NCBI GenBank assembly: GCA_043813365.1
Contig: JBDRLB010000033.1
Span: 1-10,428 of the forward strand
Direction: 5' to 3'
DNA from: Candidatus Micrarchaeota archaeon
Lineage (GTDB): Archaea; Micrarchaeota; Micrarchaeia; Norongarragalinales; SBBD01
Length of the DNA stretch: 10,428 nucleotides
Shown: positions 1 through 6,469 of the stretch, one piece after another
Position numbering within the stretch: the stretch's first letter is position 1
How the letters are laid out: each line of letters begins with the position of its first letter
Translations under genes and position numbers: made by a program
The notes under the pieces: generated by a model
What the model was told of the DNA's origin: nothing
Database searches by the model: none
Seen by the model: only the letters and a program-made list of their open reading frames with translations

Positions 1-269
1 CTTAGGCTTTGATTATCTAATTTAATATGAAAAGCCGACGGTTCAACCCACATGGGGGCGCTTCGGCGCCCCCACCCCTCTTTTACGATCCTACTGGAAG
101 GAAACCCCATACTATCCGCATCAACATCCTCAATCGAAAAATTAGGAGATTCAGGATGAAAAAACCGTGCAAAAAAATCATAATTATTTCTAGGGTTCAA
201 TCTCCGTTTTCGTCCTGATAGCCTTGACAACGGTCTTGAAAGCGCCGATAGCCATGGCTGTGGCCCCAT
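1..269 (-). CDS. Possible hypothetical protein, 5' part only (runs off the window start), divergent from nrdR
   Basis: Not in the ORF track. By hand, the - strand frame is stop-free from ATG at 269 to the window edge (MGPQPWLSALSRPLSRLSGRKRRLNPRNNYDFFARFFHPESPNFSIEDVDADSMGFPSSRIVKEGWGRRSAPMWVEPSAFHIKLDNQSL...). The other two - frames contain stops, mostly in one frame. A TATA-like TTATAA lies about 40 nt upstream (308-313). No recognisable domain. Confidence 0.35.
   Translation of the reverse strand, partial: MGPQPWLSALSRPLSRLSGRKRRLNPRNNYDFFARFFHPESPNFSIEDVDADSMGFPSSRIVKEGWGRRSAPMWVEPSAFHIKLDNQSL
53..84 (+). terminator. GC-rich hairpin with C(UUCG)G tetraloop followed by a pyrimidine run; terminator-like or structured RNA element
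   Basis: TGGGGGCGC-TTCG-GCGCCCCCA (53-74) is a perfect 9-bp stem, followed by CCCCTCTTTT. Function is uncertain, and it lies inside the possible - strand ORF. Confidence 0.3.
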
Positions 270-580
270 TTACGCCTAAAAGTCATCGAGTCAAGCCGCA
301 CCCGGCATTATAATTCTGCATAAGAAAGGAACAGTCTGAATGTCAGATATTATTCTTTGGTAGAAAAAAAGAAAACTTAAAGTTGAAATTTTCGGAAATT
401 GATAATCTATCAATCGAGCGAATACTACTCCCCCGTAACCGCAGTATGGGTAAATTTTGAATATTCCTTCCTCGTAGGCAGGAAAAAAAGAAATATCGGT
501 TCCGATATTGGATAAAATTTTACGAGGTAAGAAAAGAAATAAATTGAAAAAACGCTTTTTTTAGCGAATTTTACGAGAGG

Positions 581-598
581 CGCAAAAAGGTTTATATA
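581..598 (+). promoter_or_regulatory. Archaeal promoter (BRE + TATA box) of the nrdR-nrdJ cluster
   Basis: Purine-rich CGCAAAAAGG (581-590) sits immediately before TTTATATA (591-598), a consensus archaeal TATA box, about 110 nt upstream of the nrdR ATG. Confidence 0.7.
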
Positions 599-676
599 TC
601 CAGCTATAGTATCTACTGCGGGTTTGAAATACAACCTATAGTATCCGAAGAGGCATAGGACATCAATATTTAGTGC
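597..676 (+). promoter_or_regulatory. Three tandem NrdR-box-like operators (597-612, 629-644, 661-676), 32-bp period
   Basis: tatCCAGCTATAGtat, ataCAACCTATAGtat and catCAATATTTAGtgc align with the bacterial NrdR-box consensus acaCwAtATaTwGtgt (third best, first most degenerate). Starts are exactly 32 bp apart, matching the known 31-32 bp spacing of tandem NrdR boxes, and lie directly upstream of nrdR-nrdJ. Confidence 0.75.
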
Positions 677-705
677 CTTTTACGCCTCTTTTGCGGGTGT
701 ATAAT

Positions 706-1158
706 ATGCGTTGCCCATACTGCGGCCACATGGAAACCAAGGTGCTTGACTCGCGCGATGCGGAGGACCTTGCTGTAACGCGCCGCAGAAGGGAATGCGA
801 GAAATGCACAAAGCGCTTCACCACCTACGAGAGGGTGGAGTTCCTGGACCTTGTTGTCAGGAAGAAGGACGGCAAGACTGAGCCGTTCGACCGCAAGAAA
901 ATAGAAAGCGGCCTCCTCAAGGCAACAGAAAAAAGGCCCATCAGCCGCGAGAAAATAGAGGAGACGGTTGACGAGATAGAGCGGGACATCCGCAAGAAGG
1001 AGACTACCGAAATCAGCTCCTCCGAGATCGGCGCGATGGTGATGGAAAAGCTCAAGAAGATGGACAAGGTCGCGTACATCAGGTTCGCAAGCGTTTACAG
1101 GGAATTCGCGGACCTTGATGAATTTGAAGTGGAAGTGAAGAAATTATTGAAGAAATGA
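706..1158 (+). CDS. nrdR: Transcriptional repressor NrdR (Zn-ribbon + ATP-cone), 150 aa
   Basis: Canonical N-terminus MRCPYCG..TKVLDSR..RRRRECEKC.KRFTTYERVE, ATP-cone VRKKDGKTEPFDRKKI, and C-terminal DKVAYIRFASVYREF. Start moved from GTG 673 to ATG 706, which has an SD-like GGGTG at 695-699. Confidence 0.97.
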   Translation: MRCPYCGHMETKVLDSRDAEDLAVTRRRRECEKCTKRFTTYERVEFLDLVVRKKDGKTEPFDRKKIESGLLKATEKRPISREKIEETVDEIERDIRKKETTEISSSEIGAMVMEKLKKMDKVAYIRFASVYREFADLDEFEVEVKKLLKK

Positions 1159-1320
1159 TGCCAGTGGAAACAATCTCCGGCAAAAGCATTAATAAATGGA
1201 AAATCCGAGCATTAGTTCCAAAATATTTCACAGAAGGTTGTTTGTTTTTTCAAAAGGGGGGAAGATGGAAAATATTCGCATACAGAAACCGATGGACGCC
1301 AATCTAGGGGGTGGTAAAGC

Positions 1321-4059
1321 ATGCCTGAAAAGAAAATCGTGTATTTCAACGTACCCGCAGGTGAGAGAGATCCGATGACTAACGGAAACGGGAAGCTGCT
1401 CAAGATCAAGAAGCGCGACGGCAGGATCGTGGAATTCAACAAGGACCGCATCACAACCGCAATCTGGAAGGCCGCGAAGGCAGTTGGAGGAAGGGACAAG
1501 GCGCTTGCCAATGCATTGACCGATACAGTTGTGGACCAGCTCGGAAAGCAGTTCAAGGAAGGCAATTTCCCCAGCGTGGAGGACGTGCAGGACACTGTTG
1601 AAAAGGTGCTCATTGAGGGCGGCTATGCGAAGACCGCTAAGGCATACATAATTTACAGGCAGCAGCGCCAGGAGTTGAGGGAGGAGAAGAAACGCATACT
1701 CGAAAAGGATGAGATTGACGAGGTTGACAAGGTATTCGACTTGAACGCGCTCAAGGTGCTCAAGGCAAGATACCTCAGGAAGAACGAGGAAGGGAAACTG
1801 ACCGAAACCCCGAAGCAGCTTTTCACGCGGATCGCCATCCATACGGCGCTCCCGAACATAATCTACGATGCAAGGGTTTTCGACCAGAAGGCGCAGCAGA
1901 AAGTGCAGCCGCAGGAGGAGTTCGATCCAGCATCATTCGAATTTAAATTTTCAATAGGGAAATACCAGCTCAACCGCTACCATCTCGAAGCGCTAAAGCG
2001 CATGTACGGCCGCATGAACAGTTCGGGCCAGATGAAAATCGCTTTCAGCAGCATGATGGGGATGCTTTCCAAAGGCGAATTCTCGAAGTGCGAGGCGGGC
2101 ATAGATGACAACTATAATGTGATGGTGAGCAGGAAGTTCATGCCCAATACGCCAGCAATAGCGAATTTCGGCAACTCGCTCGGGATGGGAAGCGCGTGCT
2201 TCGTCATAGGGGTGGAGGATTCCATCGAGAGCATCATGGAAGGGCTGAAGAACACCGCAATCGTATTCAAATCCGGCGGGGGAATGGGATACAATTTCTC
2301 GCATCTTAGGCCGGAGGGCGATTTCGTGAGCTCAACATCGGGAATAGCAAGCGGCCCGCTCTCATTCATGCGCTTATTCGACACGATGACCGAAGTGATA
2401 AAGCAAGGCGGGATAAGGAGGGGCGCGAACATGGGGATCCTGAACTCCAACCACCCCGACATAGAAAAATTCGTGAAGGCGAAGGAGGGCAACAAGGCTC
2501 TCAGGAATTTCAACATTTCCGTCCTGCTTATGCCCGATTTCTGGGAATATTACGAGAAGAACGAGCCCTACCCGCTGGTGAACCCCAGGAATGGGGAAGT
2601 CGTGCGCACAGTAAATCCGCGCCGGCTTTTCGACATGATAGTATACCAGGCATGGGAATCTGCCGAGCCTGGAGTGATCTTCTACGACAAGGTGAACCAA
2701 TACAACCCGTTCCTCGAGCATATGGGCCCCATCATCACAACTAACCCCTGCGGCGAAGTGCTTCTTTACCCGTTCGAGAGCTGCAACCTTGGAAGCATCA
2801 ATGCATGGAATTTCGCGAAGGAGGATGAGAACGGCAAAACGTATTTCGATTGGGAAGCGCTCAAGCAGACCGTTTTCCTCACTACTGAATTCCTCGACAA
2901 TGTCATCGACGTGAGCAAGCACCCGCTGCCGCAATTCGAGGAGATGACGCTCAACACCCGCAAAATAGGATTAGGAGTCATGGGATTCGGCGATTGCCTG
3001 TATGAGCTGCGCATACCCTACAATTCCGAGGAGGGGAGGGCCTTTGCAGGAAAACTGATGGAATTCATCAACTACTGGAGCAAGGTGAAGAGCATTGAGC
3101 TTGCAAAAACGCGTGGCTCCCTTCCTTATTACAGCAAGAGCTTCTACCCGCAAGGGAAGATGCCAATTGCGGGCGCATATTCGAAAGAAGTGCAATTCGA
3201 TTGGGCGAAGGTAGGGGAGGATACGAAGAGGTTCGGCATCAGGAACGGCTTCACTACGGTTATCGCACCCACAGGAAGCATCTCCATGATAGCTGGCTGC
3301 TCTTCAGGCATCGAGCCCGTTTATTCGCTTGTTTTCGAGAAGAACGTGAAAGTGGGTTCGTTTTATTACATCGACGGCGCATTCGAAAAGGCAATGAAGG
3401 ACGAGGGGATCCACGATGAGAAGCTGATGGCCGAAATCAACGAGAACGGCGGCAGCGTCCAGCAGATAGGGTACATAACGCCAGCGCTCAAGAAAGTATT
3501 CGTCACTGCCATGGACATCACTCCCGAAGATCACATCCGCATGCTAGCAGCGTTCCAGAAATGGACCGACTCCTCCATAAGCAAGACCAACAACTTCCCT
3601 GCGGAAGCAACAGTAGATGACATGCGCGAGAGCTACCTCCTAGCGTACAAGCTCGGATGCAAGGACGTGACCGTTTTCCGCGATTCCTCCATCAAGGACC
3701 AGGTGCTCGTCGCCCCTCCGAAAAAATCGGTGCAGATGGCGGAAGCGAAAAAGGCGCAGGAAAGCACGCCCTCGCAAACATATGCTCACCCGCAGAACCC
3801 CACAGCCGCCTCCTCCACCCCAAAAAACATTACTGCAGAATCCCTGTTGCAGAAGCACGAAACAACCATGAAAGTCATGAACCAAAGTGCGGCCGAGCCT
3901 AAGGCGGCATATGCGAACATGAAGAACGCGGATTTCGCGAACATCACTTTCGGGGACAAGAATATTCAAAATTGCCCCTCCTGCAATTCCGAACAGCTGG
4001 AAAAGAAGGAGGGCTGCCTCACCTGCGCGGACTGCGGCTGGGGCTATTGCAGCGCTTGA
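1321..4059 (+). CDS. nrdJ: Class II (adenosylcobalamin-dependent) ribonucleotide reductase with N-terminal ATP-cone
   Basis: ATP-cone (IKKRDGRIVEFNKDRI), FMPNTP, SACFV, GGGMG, QGGIRRGANM, catalytic TNPCGE, ESCNLGS, RKIGLGVMG, IAPTGSIS, DSSISKT and a C-terminal CPSC...EGCLTCADCGWGYC tail. There is no class I YY pair and no nrdB nearby. An alternative start is ATG 1375 (AGGTGA upstream). Confidence 0.95.
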   Translation: MPEKKIVYFNVPAGERDPMTNGNGKLLKIKKRDGRIVEFNKDRITTAIWKAAKAVGGRDKALANALTDTVVDQLGKQFKEGNFPSVEDVQDTVEKVLIEGGYAKTAKAYIIYRQQRQELREEKKRILEKDEIDEVDKVFDLNALKVLKARYLRKNEEGKLTETPKQLFTRIAIHTALPNIIYDARVFDQKAQQKVQPQEEFDPASFEFKFSIGKYQLNRYHLEALKRMYGRMNSSGQMKIAFSSMMGMLSKGEFSKCEAGIDDNYNVMVSRKFMPNTPAIANFGNSLGMGSACFVIGVEDSIESIMEGLKNTAIVFKSGGGMGYNFSHLRPEGDFVSSTSGIASGPLSFMRLFDTMTEVIKQGGIRRGANMGILNSNHPDIEKFVKAKEGNKALRNFNISVLLMPDFWEYYEKNEPYPLVNPRNGEVVRTVNPRRLFDMIVYQAWESAEPGVIFYDKVNQYNPFLEHMGPIITTNPCGEVLLYPFESCNLGSINAWNFAKEDENGKTYFDWEALKQTVFLTTEFLDNVIDVSKHPLPQFEEMTLNTRKIGLGVMGFGDCLYELRIPYNSEEGRAFAGKLMEFINYWSKVKSIELAKTRGSLPYYSKSFYPQGKMPIAGAYSKEVQFDWAKVGEDTKRFGIRNGFTTVIAPTGSISMIAGCSSGIEPVYSLVFEKNVKVGSFYYIDGAFEKAMKDEGIHDEKLMAEINENGGSVQQIGYITPALKKVFVTAMDITPEDHIRMLAAFQKWTDSSISKTNNFPAEATVDDMRESYLLAYKLGCKDVTVFRDSSIKDQVLVAPPKKSVQMAEAKKAQESTPSQTYAHPQNPTAASSTPKNITAESLLQKHETTMKVMNQSAAEPKAAYANMKNADFANITFGDKNIQNCPSCNSEQLEKKEGCLTCADCGWGYCSA

Positions 4060-4071
4060 AAGTGAATTCGC

Positions 4072-4491
4072 ATGGAAAAAAAATTAGGCCTTATTCCTTT
4101 CCTTCTTCTTTTTTCCCTATTTGCATCAGGATGCACTTCGCAGAAAATCACCGAGCCCATATCCGTCGCCACCTTGGTACCGGAAATGGTTGCATTGGAA
4201 GTCACGATAGATGACGGCAATTTCCCCGTTTCCAAAATAATCGAGGTGGAGAAAGGCACTTCGGCACTGGCCGCATTCGAGAAGGCTGCAAAACTGGAAT
4301 ATAAGAAATACCCGTTCGGATCCTACGTATATTCCATCAACGGCAAAAGGGAAAACACGTACAATGACGGCCGCTATTGGCAGTATTACGTGAATGGGAA
4401 GATAGCAATGGTCGCGGTTGACAACTTCATAATCACATCCGGCGCAAGGCTGGAATTCCGGTACGAGAAGCAGAATCCTGAAATAAGGTAA
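4072..4491 (+). CDS. DUF4430 / transcobalamin C-terminal (beta-domain)-like lipoprotein, putative cobalamin-binding (CbrS-like)
   Basis: N-terminal KK plus hydrophobic stretch plus lipobox-like FASGC (Cys21). Contains the DUF4430-type pattern GTSALAAF...FGSYVYSING...YWQYYVNG...VAVDNF...G.RLEFRY. Starts 12 nt after the nrdJ stop. Confidence 0.85.
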   Translation: MEKKLGLIPFLLLFSLFASGCTSQKITEPISVATLVPEMVALEVTIDDGNFPVSKIIEVEKGTSALAAFEKAAKLEYKKYPFGSYVYSINGKRENTYNDGRYWQYYVNGKIAMVAVDNFIITSGARLEFRYEKQNPEIR

Positions 4492-4510
4492 AATTCGAGG
4501 GGGAAATTAA

Positions 4511-5926
4511 TTGCAAAAAAATATCGCCGCAGTGCTCATATTCGCAGTTCTGCTCAATTCCATCCATGCCGTCGATGTCCCCCTAGCGCTCGAATTCATC
4601 AAGGCAAAGCAGCTTCCCAACGGCGCATTCGACTCGTTCTCTTCTCCCCACTCTCCATCCGCAGTGCTTGCGCTCCATGCGTTTGAGGCAGATTCCCCTA
4701 ACTTGACAAATGGGCTCGCGTTCCTTAAATCCGACCTTGAGGACGATAATTCGTATGCATGGGGCGAGGCGGATCTCATCGGGCTCTCTCTTTATGCTTA
4801 TGCCCGAGCAGGCAACCTTTCAGATTTGAACCCGACCGGAATCATCCCTAGGCTAATCGCAATGCAGGGAGAAAACGGCGGCTTCAAAGGCTACTCGCAA
4901 TGCCTTGAAAACTGCTCCGACCCCGACTGGACGGTGCAGGTGTGGGGCGCAACTGAGGATTCCATAAGCACTTCTGCAGCATTGATGGGCCTCATCGCTT
5001 CCGGTTATATCGATGAAACCCTGAAAAACAGCTCCCTGCTCTACCTGGCTTCGCTTAAAAATTCCGACGGCAGCTACAACCTCACTCATGAAATAAAGCT
5101 AGGCTCGTTCTGGTCCCTCGCTCCGGATGCATATTCGCAAACAGCTTTCGTGCTTTGGGCACTGAACAAAGCCGGTAAAACAGAAGCTGATGTTGTGGAT
5201 TCCCTCGCCTACCTAGAGACTGCTGTTCAAATGAATTTCAACGATAGGAACCGGACATATGCCGCAGCATTGGCATCAATTGCATTTGCCACTTACAACC
5301 GCACCAACTCCTCGATTTATTCGCTTGAAAACCTTAGGTGCTCCCAAAACTCAGACGGCGGCTTCAGGGACTCCTCCAGAATGGCAACAGGCTCCAATGT
5401 AATGGATACGGCGTTCGCGCTCCTGGCAATCGGCAATAATATGGCATTAAACTGCTCCTCTTCAGGCATGGGCAACTCAACAAATTCCTCCAATTCAACG
5501 CCCTCCGTTTCACCTTCGCCATCACCATCCACGTCACCAACTGAAACAATATCGCCTTCCCCCACAACAAGTTCCAGCAGCTCAAGCTCAAATAATTATT
5601 ACTACCAGCAGCAATACGAATACCCGAGCGCTTCTCCAACGCCTTCACCCAAAGTTACTCCATCTCCTTCGCCCTCCGCTTTAAAAAAAATAATTGCGGA
5701 TGCACCCTCGCCCACTCCCCAACCTACTCCCAGCCCCTCAGCAACAGTTAAAAACCAGACCGCAGAAACAACTCCGTCCCCAACAGAAATGGGAAAACGG
5801 GATGATAAGGCGCCTCCGACAGGATTTTTCGTCGGCGCGAATATGCAAAACATGGCATATGCCGGAATCATCTTCATTGCCCTCGGCTTAGTCTTCATGG
5901 GATTCAAGAGCGGTGTTTTCAAATGA
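4511..5926 (+). CDS. Secreted, C-terminally membrane-anchored alpha6/alpha6-barrel (prenyltransferase/squalene-oxidase repeat) protein with Ser/Pro/Thr-rich stalk
   Basis: TTG start preceded by GAGGGGG, then a signal peptide. Repeats QLPNGAF, QGENGGF, KNSDGSY and QNSDGGF are each followed by a T/S-AxAL helix. A long (S/T)P-rich linker leads to PPTGFF, a transmembrane helix and a basic tail. Confidence 0.8.
   Translation: MQKNIAAVLIFAVLLNSIHAVDVPLALEFIKAKQLPNGAFDSFSSPHSPSAVLALHAFEADSPNLTNGLAFLKSDLEDDNSYAWGEADLIGLSLYAYARAGNLSDLNPTGIIPRLIAMQGENGGFKGYSQCLENCSDPDWTVQVWGATEDSISTSAALMGLIASGYIDETLKNSSLLYLASLKNSDGSYNLTHEIKLGSFWSLAPDAYSQTAFVLWALNKAGKTEADVVDSLAYLETAVQMNFNDRNRTYAAALASIAFATYNRTNSSIYSLENLRCSQNSDGGFRDSSRMATGSNVMDTAFALLAIGNNMALNCSSSGMGNSTNSSNSTPSVSPSPSPSTSPTETISPSPTTSSSSSSSNNYYYQQQYEYPSASPTPSPKVTPSPSPSALKKIIADAPSPTPQPTPSPSATVKNQTAETTPSPTEMGKRDDKAPPTGFFVGANMQNMAYAGIIFIALGLVFMGFKSGVFK
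5455..5785 (+). repeat. Low-complexity Ser/Pro/Thr coding repeats (SPSPSPSTSPT, SPTPSP, PSPTPQPTPSPS)
   Basis: Visible in the translation. Codons are diversified, so this is a protein-level linker rather than a DNA tandem repeat. Confidence 0.7.
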
Positions 5927-6453
5927 GCTTAATTTCCGGAATAAAATTCGCTTTAGGGCTGGCAGTCATCACTATTTTGCGAATGATCCAGATGCCCCTC
6001 CCCAACATCGAGCCCATAATGGCAACAATGCTCCCGTTCGCTAAAAAATACGGGAAAATAGCGGGATTCGTTTTCGCATCCGTTGCACTTGCATCCTTCG
6101 ATTTCATTTCCGGAAGGCTTGGGATGTGGACGATATATTGTGCAATTGCATATGGTGCAATCGGTTTTGCAGCAGGAAAATATTTTGCAAACAAAAAAAC
6201 CCACAAAATGCGCTATTATTTGGGCTTCGGGGTTATCGGAACCATTTTTTATGACGCAGTTACCGCCCTGCTATTCGGCTTCCAGTTCGGCCAGCCGCTT
6301 GCTGTCACAATAGCGGGGCAAATTCCGTTCACGCTCTATCACCTGATGGGGAATATGGCGATGATCGCAATTCTATCTCCGCTGGTTACAATGGCAATTG
6401 TGGAGAATCCTGCTCTCGTAACAGATAAGGTTTCAAGAGTAATAGAAAGTTAG
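5923..6453 (+). CDS. ECF transporter S-component, CbrT-like (putative cobalamin-specific)
   Basis: 176-aa hydrophobic protein with about 5-6 TM segments. Motifs LPNIEPIMA..L....YG...G and IPFTLYHLMGN resemble the PNxxP and PFDxxHxxGN motifs of CbrT-type S-components. ATGA overlap with the upstream stop suggests translational coupling. Confidence 0.75.
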   Translation: MSLISGIKFALGLAVITILRMIQMPLPNIEPIMATMLPFAKKYGKIAGFVFASVALASFDFISGRLGMWTIYCAIAYGAIGFAAGKYFANKKTHKMRYYLGFGVIGTIFYDAVTALLFGFQFGQPLAVTIAGQIPFTLYHLMGNMAMIAILSPLVTMAIVENPALVTDKVSRVIES

Positions 6454-6469
6454 CCTCCAGAATACGACC

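Noticed and set aside
391..450. Cobalamin riboswitch (GGAA + hairpin, then CTCCCCCGTAACCGCA resembling CCCCGCAACTGT)
   Set aside because: It lacks the GGTG..A.TCC T-loop, GCCACTG/GGGAAG and the B12 box, and lies upstream of the apparent TATA box, so it would not be in the transcript. An Infernal search would settle it.
27..634. ORFs 27..218 (+) and 425..634 (-)
   Set aside because: Low-complexity translations of AT-rich or regulatory DNA. The second overlaps the nrdR promoter and operators.
673..705. N-terminal extension of NrdR from GTG 673
   Set aside because: NrdR family proteins begin at M-x-CP, ATG 706 has an SD, and the extension overlaps NrdR box 3.
825..3969. Multiple - strand and alternate-frame ORFs over nrdR/nrdJ
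   Set aside because: Shadow ORFs of strongly supported genes.
1321..4059. Intein in the RNR, or class I assignment
   Set aside because: Catalytic motifs are uninterrupted with no C...HN splice or LAGLIDADG motifs. There is no YY radical-transfer pair and no nrdB.
4511..5926. Squalene-hopene cyclase or true prenyltransferase
   Set aside because: No DXDD motif, only one barrel, and an extracellular topology with signal peptide, stalk and anchor.
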